Shown: positions 39,901-49,010 of the stretch, one piece after another
How positions within the stretch are numbered: the stretch's first letter is position 1
How the letters are laid out: every line of letters begins with the position of its first letter
Assembly (NCBI GenBank): GCA_964387525.1
Contig: CAYLWS010000003.1
Coordinates: forward strand, 18,844 to 82,843
From: an uncultured Fluviicola sp.
GTDB taxonomy: Bacteria; Bacteroidota; Bacteroidia; Flavobacteriales_D; Crocinitomicaceae
Length of the DNA: 64,000 nt
Reading direction: 5' to 3'
Translations under genes and position numbers: made by a program
Notes under the pieces: model-generated
The model's database searches: none
Seen by the model: the letters and a program-made list of their open reading frames with translations, nothing else
What the model was told of the DNA's origin: nothing

Positions 39901-41358
39901 TTAATTCCAGCTGCTTCCTTCTTTTGAATCTTTTACGACAATTCCCGCTGCTGCTAATCCATCTCTAATTTTATCAGAGGTTGTCCAATCTTTATTTGTA
40001 CGAGCTTCTTGACGTAAATCAAGCACTAAATCCATTACGGGTGCTAGTTTGTCATCACTAGAATTCTGAACCAATGAAATCCCAAGAACATCTACAATAA
40101 ATCCATTCATTTCTTTGGAGAGAAGTTGTAAGTCAGTTTTTGAAATTGTTGCGTTGTTGTCTTTTACAGAATTGATAAATTTAACGGCTTCGAAAAGATT
40201 AGCCACTAGAATTGGAGCATTGAAGTCATCATTCATTGCTGAATAGAAGTTTTCGACCAAAGCATTCACATCAATTGAAGACTTTTCTTTTGTTTCCAAT
40301 TTTGAAAGTGTTGTAAGTGCTTCCATTAATTTATTGAATCCTTTTTCTGCTGCTAAAAGTGCTTCAGAAGTGAAATCGAGGGTAGAGCGATAATTCGCTT
40401 GCATCATGAAAAATCGAACAACCATTGGGTCAAATGCTTTATCCATAAAGTCATTTTCACCAGAGAATAATTCATGGGGAAGAATAGAATTCCCTGTAGA
40501 TTTACTCATTTTTTTACCGTTGAGCGTCAGCATATTTCCGTGCATCCAATATTTTACTGGAGAAATTCCATTTGCAGAAGTTCCTTGTGCAATTTCACAT
40601 TCGTGGTGCGGAAATTTCAAATCCATACCGCCACCGTGAATGTCGAATTGTTTTCCTAAATATTTTGTACTCATCGCAGAACATTCTAAATGCCAACCAG
40701 GGAAACCAATTCCCCAAGGAGAAGGCCATTTCATTAAATGTTCATCAGAAGCATTTTTCCATAGAGCAAAATCCAATGGCGCTCGTTTTTCACTTTGTCC
40801 ATCTAAATCGCGTGTATTAGAAATTAAATCTTCAATTTTTCGACCTGATAATTCTCCGTATGGATGAGATTCATTGTATTTTTCTACATCAAAATAAACC
40901 GAACCATTGGATTCGTATCCAAAACCTTTATCAATAATGGCTTGAACCATTTCTATTTGTTCGATGATATGTCCTGTTGCTGTAGGTTCAATATTCGGTG
41001 GGATATTATTGAATTGTTGTAAAACGTTATGAAAATCAACGGTATATGTTTGAACGATTTCCATCGGCTCCAATTGTTCTAAACGCGCTTTTTTGGCAAT
41101 TTTATCTTCGCCTTGGTCAGCATCATCTACAAGGTGACCAACATCGGTAATGTTTCGAACATATCGCACCTTATACCCAAGGTAAGTCAAGTATCGGTAT
41201 ACAATATCAAATGAAATAAAGGTACGGCAATTACCCAAATGAACATTACTGTATACGGTGGGACCGCACACATACAATCCAACAAAACCATCGTTTAATG
41301 GTGTGAATTTTTCTTTATTTCCAGTGAGGGAATTGTAGATAGATAATGCCTTTTTCAT
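39901..41358 (-). CDS. cysS: cysteine--tRNA ligase
   Basis: 485 aa, HLGN (HIGH variant), KMSKSTGN. Confidence 0.96.
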   Translation of the reverse strand: MKKALSIYNSLTGNKEKFTPLNDGFVGLYVCGPTVYSNVHLGNCRTFISFDIVYRYLTYLGYKVRYVRNITDVGHLVDDADQGEDKIAKKARLEQLEPMEIVQTYTVDFHNVLQQFNNIPPNIEPTATGHIIEQIEMVQAIIDKGFGYESNGSVYFDVEKYNESHPYGELSGRKIEDLISNTRDLDGQSEKRAPLDFALWKNASDEHLMKWPSPWGIGFPGWHLECSAMSTKYLGKQFDIHGGGMDLKFPHHECEIAQGTSANGISPVKYWMHGNMLTLNGKKMSKSTGNSILPHELFSGENDFMDKAFDPMVVRFFMMQANYRSTLDFTSEALLAAEKGFNKLMEALTTLSKLETKEKSSIDVNALVENFYSAMNDDFNAPILVANLFEAVKFINSVKDNNATISKTDLQLLSKEMNGFIVDVLGISLVQNSSDDKLAPVMDLVLDLRQEARTNKDWTTSDKIRDGLAAAGIVVKDSKEGSSWN

Positions 41359-41381
41359 TTTTAATAAGTCTGAGATTCTAA

Positions 41382-41389
41382 CAAAGATA
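41382..41389 (-). promoter_or_regulatory. candidate -7 box for cysS (TATCTTTG on the coding strand)
   Basis: Exact TAnnTTTG 24 nt upstream of the cysS ATG. Confidence 0.4.
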
Positions 41390-41439
41390 AATTATATAAA
41401 TGAAAAAGTATTGGAAGTGAGTTTTTTTTACCTCGAATA

Positions 41440-41580
41440 CTACTTACTCTCCCACATCATCTTAAAAATAAACCATGAATTAACGACAACAATAGACGCG
41501 TTGGTAATCACAACTGGAATAGAACCCAATAAAATTCCATAGAAGATAAAAAATAGGACAATTGAGAATGTATGGTTCAT
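41440..41580 (-). pseudogene. 46-codon remnant/paralog of the small membrane-protein gene at 46221..46445 (C-terminal half only)
   Basis: My translation: MNHTFSIVLFFIFYGILLGSIPVVITNASIVVVNSWFIFKMMWESK. Residues 11-42 are near-identical to the C-terminus of the 74-aa protein. Below the ORF-track size cutoff. Confidence 0.5.
41457..41556. repeat. 100-nt direct repeat, copy A (97/100 identical to 46238..46337)
   Basis: Aligned by eye: 3 mismatches, no gaps, same orientation. Confidence 0.9.
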
Positions 41581-41655
41581 ACTTTTTTAGCAAAATTCAT
41601 GATTGAATGTAAGCAAACAAAAGTAAATTTATAGAATAGCGTAAATTTAAAATGG

Positions 41656-43113
41656 TTATCTATTTAAAACAAATTGTAAAATAATGTCTTGCCCATTAAG
41701 AACGCTTTCCCGAGTTGGATAAACCTCAAAATGCGGACGAGTACCATGTCCATTTGGGAATAGGTGCTGATTAACATTTTGTTCTGCAACCACGATAAAG
41801 AGACTTATTTCAATTCCAGAATATGGAAGTTGATATTCTAAAGGAATTGACCCTGTGTGTCTGTAATAACCACCACCCGTTTCTTCTCCAATAAAAACAG
41901 CATTACTTTTATCTCTCACCAAAGCACTAAATAATGCGCCTCCTGAGAATACGTTTCCACTAATGAGGATGTATTTGTTTCCATAAAAACCATATTTACG
42001 TTTTTTTTCATGGATTATTTTTTTTTCTTTATAATAATACAAACTATCTTCTGCTTGGTAAAACTCACGGTGAAGAGTTTTTTGCATTTTTGAAACGATT
42101 TTCGCATCATTTTTGTCTTTTAACCCCATCATTTCTTTCCATTGATTGGTTAAATATTCGGGGTAAATAGGTAGCTCTAAAGTTTTTAGCTGACGGTATT
42201 TGTTTTCGCTAAAAGATTCATTGATGAGGTAAGAGGCTAGACGCATATCGTTTCCGTCATCACCTCCTGTATTTTCTCTTACATCAACAATGAGAGTTTC
42301 TATTCCTTTTTTGTGAATCTCCTTGAAACTTTTCTTAAGGAAACGAAAGAACTTTAACTGATTGATTTTTGTGTTGGTAGAAAAAGTGTTTACGGTTAAA
42401 ATTGCCTTTGAATCATTCACAAAAGTTAAATAATAAGGTTCCAATTCTTTTTCTTCAAAAGTAAAATCACCTTCTTTCAATCGGTTTATTTCTATAACTG
42501 AGGGAACCTTTGAATTGTATGGAATGTACTTAAGTTTTATTGTGTTTGACTCTCCGTATAAAATGAAGTAATAGTAGAAAAAATACTGTTCTAACTGTCT
42601 GTATTTAAACGTTTCATTGTATCCATCAGAACTCATAATTTTAAACGCATCACTTGTTATTTCTTCCACAGTTTTACCATTGATAGCAATAATTTGAGCT
42701 CCAGCATCAACACTTCTAAAGTTTTTGGTAAGAATCAAACTGTCTTTAATGAACTTCACATCAAACGGTAAAAACACAATTTTTGTTGTGTCAATTTGCT
42801 GGAATATTTTCTCGCTTGGAGAAGTGCTGCTATGTCCACATCTAATTTGAGTGTGAATGTTAGAAATTAAGAGATAAAAATCTCTTTCAGACAAATCTTC
42901 ATTCTCAACAATATGATTAGCCTGTTTAAAAATAGAATCAAAAACAGGTTTAGGAGTGTAAAGATATAGACCGGAATGAGATTTTTCTAAAATTTCTTGA
43001 TAGATATGCAAATCATTTTTGTATCCGTTTTGAATTGCATTTGTACCTTGTGTAAAACTGAATGTTGAATAAAGTAGAAAGGTAAATTGAAATATTATTT
43101 TGATTGTTTTCAT
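41656..43113 (-). CDS. S41 family peptidase (485 aa, secreted)
   Basis: Signal peptide. LIVDVRENTGGDDG and ISGNVFSGGALFSALV regions typical of tail-specific/IRBP-like S41 peptidases. Confidence 0.75.
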   Translation of the reverse strand: MKTIKIIFQFTFLLYSTFSFTQGTNAIQNGYKNDLHIYQEILEKSHSGLYLYTPKPVFDSIFKQANHIVENEDLSERDFYLLISNIHTQIRCGHSSTSPSEKIFQQIDTTKIVFLPFDVKFIKDSLILTKNFRSVDAGAQIIAINGKTVEEITSDAFKIMSSDGYNETFKYRQLEQYFFYYYFILYGESNTIKLKYIPYNSKVPSVIEINRLKEGDFTFEEKELEPYYLTFVNDSKAILTVNTFSTNTKINQLKFFRFLKKSFKEIHKKGIETLIVDVRENTGGDDGNDMRLASYLINESFSENKYRQLKTLELPIYPEYLTNQWKEMMGLKDKNDAKIVSKMQKTLHREFYQAEDSLYYYKEKKIIHEKKRKYGFYGNKYILISGNVFSGGALFSALVRDKSNAVFIGEETGGGYYRHTGSIPLEYQLPYSGIEISLFIVVAEQNVNQHLFPNGHGTRPHFEVYPTRESVLNGQDIILQFVLNR

Positions 43114-43118
43114 TTGAT

Positions 43119-44162
43119 CTATTGTAATTCTAAAATTGCTCGTTCAATTATTTCATCTTGTGAAGTCACTAGTGTATCTAAAAGAACAGTAATGTCTGGT
43201 TCAAACCCATTGTCTAAATACTGTTCATTCCCTGCGTCATCTACGCCAACAAACTCACTTATAGATAGATTCCAGTGCCAACCATTTGCCAAATAACCAT
43301 CCGCAACAGAACCACTACCACCACCGGTACGTTGTCCAATAAATTTCACATTAGAAAGTGGGTTTGTAGAATAACAAAAAGTTGTAGTTGCACTATAAAC
43401 ACCTCTATCTGTTAAAACAGCAACAGGATTTAAAAACTTATTGGAAGAACTTGACGGCTTTAAGTTCGCGAAACTTTTTGAAAAATCATTTTCACTTGGA
43501 CCAACTTTGAAATTCTCATAACCGATATAAATTTCATTACTGGTAAAATATGCAGCAATTTTTGTGGCTAAATTGGGGCTTCCACCTCCATTATTTCTTA
43601 CATCGACAATTAGCCCTTTAGCACCGGAAAAAGAAGTAAACATGGTTTCCAATTCTGCATCTGTAATATCCACTTCAAAAGAAGCAATTCTGAGGTAAGC
43701 GATGTCTGTATCTTGCGTCAATCGACCATAAATAGCTCTATCTTTACTTAATTTTGTCATTCCTGCATGGATGTAAATATTATCTAATATTCCTTGATGG
43801 AAAGAAACAGGGTAACCTTTTCCGATATTAAAAAAAGCGACTCGGGTTAGTTCTTTACCCACTGGGGCGTAACTTCTAAGAAGAGTATGACCATCTTTTA
43901 ATCTTCTTGTAATAACACCTAAAACGTTAAATAACGAATCCTCAGTCATATCATCGTTAACAAAAACGCGTAATGAATCGGAAAGATGATTGATGTTAAC
44001 CTGCTTAAAAGTTAACATTCCATATTTTTCACGAACCAATTTTGTGTATTCATCGAAAATGGCCGTTGGAGTCGTTTTTGGTTTCGGTTTCATAAAAATT
44101 TTCTCACAAGAAACCGTTGTAAAAAAAATCAATCCTATAATGAATAATATTTTATTTTTCAT
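43119..44162 (-). CDS. S41 family peptidase (lipoprotein, ~347 aa)
   Basis: Start moved to MKNKILFIIGLIFFTTVSC (lipobox). LIVDVRNNGGGSPN and TDRGVYSATTTF regions. Confidence 0.75.
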   Translation of the reverse strand: MKNKILFIIGLIFFTTVSCEKIFMKPKPKTTPTAIFDEYTKLVREKYGMLTFKQVNINHLSDSLRVFVNDDMTEDSLFNVLGVITRRLKDGHTLLRSYAPVGKELTRVAFFNIGKGYPVSFHQGILDNIYIHAGMTKLSKDRAIYGRLTQDTDIAYLRIASFEVDITDAELETMFTSFSGAKGLIVDVRNNGGGSPNLATKIAAYFTSNEIYIGYENFKVGPSENDFSKSFANLKPSSSSNKFLNPVAVLTDRGVYSATTTFCYSTNPLSNVKFIGQRTGGGSGSVADGYLANGWHWNLSISEFVGVDDAGNEQYLDNGFEPDITVLLDTLVTSQDEIIERAILELQ

Positions 44163-44166
44163 GTGC

Positions 44167-44994
44167 TTATTTTTTAGAAATTCTTTTTTTTGTTTTGTAT
44201 ATAAAATTAAATTTTGCTCCAATTATGTGTTGAGAAAGCGTCAATGGATATCTTTTTACGGTTGTATAATTCAACATATTCCAATGGTAATAAAACACCC
44301 ATCTTTCTTTCAATTCCAGTTCGAGTTTTGTTTCAATAGCATTCATTTTACCAATAGTTTTAAATTGGTAATACTTTAAACTGAATGGATTTTGGGTACC
44401 TTTATCTTGAAAATCAAAATCTCCATTGATCAATACATTTTGAGGGGCAGTGTATCCAAAGCTTTTAAATTCTTTAATCATTCCAAAGAGTCCAACGGCT
44501 AAGGAGAAAGTTACTTTAAATTTATCGTTTATTTTATGCTCGTATTTACCGTATGCATGAAGTCTAGAACTGGAAATGTAGTTTAATCCATTGTTTCCCA
44601 AGTCTGAAAAATTAATATAATTCGCTTCAAACAAAGTCCATTTTGCTCCAATTTGAAATGGAGAATATTTCTTTATTGCATAAGTGAAATCGAATCGTCC
44701 ATGAATGTTTTTTGCAGTAAATGGGTGATTTTTTGTTTTTAAGGAAGTGAAATCACCGTTAAAATCAATACTCCAAAAGTATTTATCGGTTTCTCTACTG
44801 GTACCAATGTTGAGTGCGAGTAAAGTTCCGTGGTATTGAATATTGGAAAACTTAACATCTTGAAAACCGCTTCGAAGTAGCCCAAGTCCAACGTAATTCT
44901 TTTTTAAAACGGTTCGTTTCAGGTTGGGTTCTTCTTGTGCTTTTACGTTTTGCAATATTACGATTGCAATTAATGCGAAGATAAATTTTTTCAT
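44167..44994 (-). CDS. hypothetical outer-membrane beta-barrel-like protein
   Basis: Start moved to MKKFIFALIAIVILQNVKAQ (signal peptide). Alternating hydrophobic beta-strand pattern. No family recognised. Confidence 0.5.
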   Translation of the reverse strand: MKKFIFALIAIVILQNVKAQEEPNLKRTVLKKNYVGLGLLRSGFQDVKFSNIQYHGTLLALNIGTSRETDKYFWSIDFNGDFTSLKTKNHPFTAKNIHGRFDFTYAIKKYSPFQIGAKWTLFEANYINFSDLGNNGLNYISSSRLHAYGKYEHKINDKFKVTFSLAVGLFGMIKEFKSFGYTAPQNVLINGDFDFQDKGTQNPFSLKYYQFKTIGKMNAIETKLELELKERWVFYYHWNMLNYTTVKRYPLTLSQHIIGAKFNFIYKTKKRISKK

Positions 44995-45118
44995 TTTAAT
45001 ATATTGAGTTTGTCGAAATGTTATTTTGTTGGACAATAGTAATAGATTAACGGAAAAGTTACTTTAGAAAATTGAAATAATGAGTGTCAAATTCAGCTTT
45101 TGAAACTAAAATCATTGA

Positions 45119-46177
45119 TTACTCTCCGTTTTCAGATGATTTATATGCGTTGGGAGTCATTCCCATTTCTCTTTTAAATGCGCGAAAAAAGGTGCTTTTG
45201 GATTGAAACCCTACTTCATTCCCAATACCTTCTATGGATAAATGATTGGATTCTTGAGAGAGAAGTAGTTTTTTTGCTTCGTTAATTCGAAAAGAATTGA
45301 TGTATTGATTGAAATTACTTTGCAGTACTGTATTAATGCTTTCGGATAATTTTTTCGGATGAATGTTTATCACTTTTGCCACATCAACGATGGTTAAATC
45401 TGTTTTTTTATAACTTTCATTTGCGAGGATGGCATTCGATGTTTTTTTAAGAATACTTTTTAATTCTTCCCTATTTGAATTTTGCTCTTTCTTATTGATT
45501 TTTTCTGGTAAAGCATCTATTTCTTTCTGGAAAACACCCTTCAATGCCACCCAAATAAGTAGAACAATATTAATGAATGCTAAAACCGAATCGAAATCAT
45601 TGTCAAAAAAGATTATAAATAAGCTGATGAGGGTAAAAGAAAGTCCAATTACCACAAAATTTCGTGACCAATTCAATTCTTTGTTTGCAGCATTGGAATA
45701 TTGAGACAGGACTTCTATCTTTTGTTTCTTGATCCAGCGAATAATTTTAACTCCAACCCAAATGGAAAAAGCCACCTCAAAATAAGTAAGGAAAAAGTAA
45801 AATATTGGCACTTCATTCTCCATAAAGAAGAACAGTGTGATCCATTCTAAAAATATTCCAATAAGTGCAATTCCGATAGGAAGAATAAGATCTTTTGCTT
45901 TTAAAATGGAGGTATATTGAACATAGAGGTAAAAAAGAGGAAACAATAACCAATTCACATTCAATGCAAATGTGAATTTTGAAAGAAAGGGGTGGTTCAA
46001 GTTAAAATCATGAAGAAAGTTTGGGGCAATACCAATGGCGTAGCAAACAATGAATAAACCTAAAAAAAAGGCAGACTTTTTTTGTTTTGCCGTCAGAATA
46101 ATTCCGATACCAAGTAAAATTCCTGTAGTAAATCCAATGTAGTTAATTAGTGAATCGAGGGTAAGATGTAGATTCAT
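45119..46177 (-). CDS. AraC-family transcriptional regulator with N-terminal polytopic membrane domain
   Basis: About 6 predicted TM helices, then C-terminal AraC HTH (...NQYINSFRINEAKKLL...GFQSKSTFFRAFKREMGMTPNAYK). Confidence 0.85.
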   Translation of the reverse strand: MNLHLTLDSLINYIGFTTGILLGIGIILTAKQKKSAFFLGLFIVCYAIGIAPNFLHDFNLNHPFLSKFTFALNVNWLLFPLFYLYVQYTSILKAKDLILPIGIALIGIFLEWITLFFFMENEVPIFYFFLTYFEVAFSIWVGVKIIRWIKKQKIEVLSQYSNAANKELNWSRNFVVIGLSFTLISLFIIFFDNDFDSVLAFINIVLLIWVALKGVFQKEIDALPEKINKKEQNSNREELKSILKKTSNAILANESYKKTDLTIVDVAKVINIHPKKLSESINTVLQSNFNQYINSFRINEAKKLLLSQESNHLSIEGIGNEVGFQSKSTFFRAFKREMGMTPNAYKSSENGE

Positions 46178-46220
46178 TTTTTATGGATAAAATTCATTCA
46201 AACTTAAGAAAAATTATGAG

Positions 46221-46445
46221 TTATTGCGAACCCCTTCTCATCTTAAAAATAAACCATGAATTAACGACAACAATAGACGCGTTGGTAATCACAACAGGAA
46301 TAGATCCCAATAAAGTTCCATAGAAGATAAAAAATAGACAGCCAACAATACTTACAATTCGTAAGGTCAACATCTTTTTCATCAAGAAAGACAATAGGAC
46401 GAAAAATGATGCAAAATAACCGACGTATTCAGTGTATTCTCCCAT
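46221..46445 (-). CDS. small two-TM membrane protein (74 aa)
   Basis: Two hydrophobic helices. ATG overlaps the aspS TAA by 1 nt, suggesting translational coupling. Confidence 0.6.
   Translation of the reverse strand: MGEYTEYVGYFASFFVLLSFLMKKMLTLRIVSIVGCLFFIFYGTLLGSIPVVITNASIVVVNSWFIFKMRRGSQ
46238..46337. repeat. 100-nt direct repeat, copy B (97/100 identical to 41457..41556)
   Basis: Aligned by eye. Covers the 3' third of the 74-aa gene. Confidence 0.9.
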
Positions 46446-48190
46446 TAATTTAATTTAAGTCCTAATTCTTTCATTTGCTCTTCGTTCAATGGAGAAGGAG
46501 CATCAATCATAACATCTCTACCACTGTTGTTTTTAGGGAAAGCGATATAATCTCGAATAGAATCTGAACCTCCCATTGTAGCAACCAAACGATCTAAACC
46601 AAATGCCAATCCACCGTGAGGAGGAGCGCCGTATTCGAAAGCTGACATTAAGAATCCAAATTGAGCTTCTGCTTCTTCTTTGGAGAATCCAAGTAAATCA
46701 AACATTCTCGACTGAATTGCTCTGTCGTGGATTCGGATAGAACCTCCACCCAATTCAACACCATTCATGGCTAAATCGTATGCATTTGCTCGAACTTTTC
46801 CTGGGTCAGTATCAATCAATCCCATATCTTCTGGTTTTGGAGAAGTAAATGGATGGTGCATTGCGTGGTAGCGATTACTTTCTTCATCCCATTCTAATAA
46901 TGGAAAATCAAGTACCCATAAAGGTTTGAATACATTTGGATTTCTCAACCCTAATTCATCCCCCATGTGCAAACGCAATTCGTTCATTTGTTTACGAACT
47001 TTATCGATATCCCCGCTTAAGAGCAATAATAAATCTCCAGGTTTTGCATTCGCAAGTTTTGCCCACTCTGCTAAATCTTCTTGAGAATAGAATTTATCAA
47101 CCGATGATTTAAATGAACCATCTTCGTTACATTTTAGGTAAATTAATCCTTTAGCACCAATTTGTGGACGTTTTACCCAGTCCACTAATTTATCCAATTG
47201 CTTACGTGTATATCCGGCACAATCTTGTGCATTGATCGCTAATACTAATTCAGCTTCATCAAATATTTTAAAATCTTTACCCTTGGTTACAGAATTCATA
47301 TTGATGAATTCCATATCGAAACGAATATCCGGCTTATCTGAACCGTATTTTTCCATTGCTTCAGCGTAGGTAATGCGTGGAAATTTTTCATCCAATTCAA
47401 CCCCACGAACTTCTTTGAAAAGATGCTGAATCATACCTTCAAAGACATTTAAAATATCTTCTTGTTCAACAAAAGCCATTTCGCAATCAATTTGAGTGAA
47501 TTCTGGCTGTCTATCTGCACGTAAATCTTCATCTCTGAAACATTTCACGATTTGATAATAACGATCAAAACCAGAAACCATCAATAATTGTTTGAAGGTT
47601 TGCGGAGATTGAGGCAAAGCATAGAACTGTCCACCATTCATACGACTTGGCACCACAAAATCTCTAGCTCCTTCCGGAGTTGACTTAATTAAAACAGGTG
47701 TTTCAACGTCAATGAAATCTTGTGAATCTAAATATTTTCTAGTTTCTAATGATACCTTGTTTCTCAACAATAGTTTTTCACGAATTGGATTTCTTCGTAA
47801 ATCTAGATAGCGGTATTGCGCTCTGATTTCTTCTCCACCGTCAGTTTCATCTTCAATGGTAAAAGGAGGTGTTTTTGAGCCGTTTAAAATCGTTATTTTA
47901 GAAACTTTGATTTCGATCTCACCAGTTGGAATATTTTTATTCTTACTTGAACGTTCAATAACTTCACCTTCAATTTTCAAAACAAATTCTCTTCCTAACT
48001 TACGTGCTTGTTCACAAACTTCCGCATTTTCTTCCATATTGAAAGCCAATTGCGTGATGCCGTATCGGTCACGTAAATCAATAAAAGTCATTCCACCTAA
48101 ATCACGTGATTTCTGTAACCATCCTGAAAGAGTTACTGCTTGTCCAATATGAGAAGGGCGAAGTTCGCCACAAGTATGAGATCTATACAT
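46445..48190 (-). CDS. aspS: aspartate--tRNA ligase
   Basis: 581 aa. OB-fold N-terminus, class II motifs ([34 protein letters not shown]). Confidence 0.97.
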   Translation of the reverse strand: MYRSHTCGELRPSHIGQAVTLSGWLQKSRDLGGMTFIDLRDRYGITQLAFNMEENAEVCEQARKLGREFVLKIEGEVIERSSKNKNIPTGEIEIKVSKITILNGSKTPPFTIEDETDGGEEIRAQYRYLDLRRNPIREKLLLRNKVSLETRKYLDSQDFIDVETPVLIKSTPEGARDFVVPSRMNGGQFYALPQSPQTFKQLLMVSGFDRYYQIVKCFRDEDLRADRQPEFTQIDCEMAFVEQEDILNVFEGMIQHLFKEVRGVELDEKFPRITYAEAMEKYGSDKPDIRFDMEFINMNSVTKGKDFKIFDEAELVLAINAQDCAGYTRKQLDKLVDWVKRPQIGAKGLIYLKCNEDGSFKSSVDKFYSQEDLAEWAKLANAKPGDLLLLLSGDIDKVRKQMNELRLHMGDELGLRNPNVFKPLWVLDFPLLEWDEESNRYHAMHHPFTSPKPEDMGLIDTDPGKVRANAYDLAMNGVELGGGSIRIHDRAIQSRMFDLLGFSKEEAEAQFGFLMSAFEYGAPPHGGLAFGLDRLVATMGGSDSIRDYIAFPKNNSGRDVMIDAPSPLNEEQMKELGLKLN

Positions 48191-48210
48191 TATTTTCTTA
48201 ATTATGAGGG

Positions 48211-48218
48211 CAAAGATA
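48211..48218 (-). promoter_or_regulatory. candidate -7 box for aspS (TATCTTTG on the coding strand)
   Basis: Exact TAnnTTTG 21 nt upstream of the aspS ATG, within GGGCAAAGATA, which is also present before leuS. Confidence 0.45.
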
Positions 48219-48271
48219 TTGATATTAATGTAGAATAAGGAATGTAGGGGGGAATAATTTGTTAGGGAGAG

Positions 48272-48920
48272 TTATAAAATGTCAGTAGTCTTGAATGCGT
48301 TATCGATATTGATATATATTAATCGTATGTTTTTTTCTTTGGCAAGTTTTGCATTCTCCTGCATAAAACGAATAAAGCGTCTGTTTTGTCTCCCCATAAA
48401 TCTGCTCCAAAAGAGATAAACGATGTAATCGTGTTTGCCAGAGATTATTTCTTCTGAATCAGGTAACGGTTTCAAAAAGGATACTAATGTTGGCTCTGAA
48501 ATAAGTGTATCAATGGGGGTTTGAAGTTTAGGAGGGAAAGTTGTTAAAGTTCCAAACCTATCCCAAGTAATATTCGGAAACCCACCTGCGTAACAATTAA
48601 CTTGGTAGGAAACTAATTTTCCATTTATTATTAAAATAAAGAGCTTGTAAAGGTTGATAGTGATTTTTTATCTGCTGTTTAAGTTCTTTGTTTTCTGTTA
48701 ACGTTGAATCTTGTCTGGATTTATCAAATGAGAATAAGTAAGAATAGTAATTTGAATCTAACAAAAAGCCATCAGCAGGAAGCATATCAAGTCTTCGGGA
48801 TAGTTTCGTTATTTTTTTAGTACTGATTTCTTTTAGATTTCGAGTCCCATAAATCATTAATACAGGATGACAACTTGAGAAAAGAGCAAATATTAATATA
48901 ATATATAGATACTTTATCAT
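48272..48920 (-). pseudogene. lipoprotein gene with a disrupted reading frame (frameshift between 48600 and 48667)
   Basis: ORFs 48597..48920 (lipobox LFSSC) and 48272..48475 are one gene. The downstream frame is open from 48667 and reads ...NGKLVSYQVNCYAGGFPNITWDRFGTLTTFPPKLQTPIDTLISEPTLVSFLKPLPDSEE... through the apparent gap. Confidence 0.6.
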
Positions 48921-49010
48921 ACAGGTGTGACCTAAATAGGTAGGTAGTGGTAAAAATAGAGATTATTTTTTATTTTCTGTTTCCTAATAAAGGTTTTTGA
49001 TTCAATTTCA

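Noticed and set aside
41440-46445. Calling the repeat-bracketed block an active mobile element (ICE, IME or transposon).
   Set aside because: No integrase, transposase, relaxase, excisionase or terminal inverted repeats are present. Only the direct-repeat geometry supports past mobility, so it is reported as a finding and not annotated as a mobile_element.
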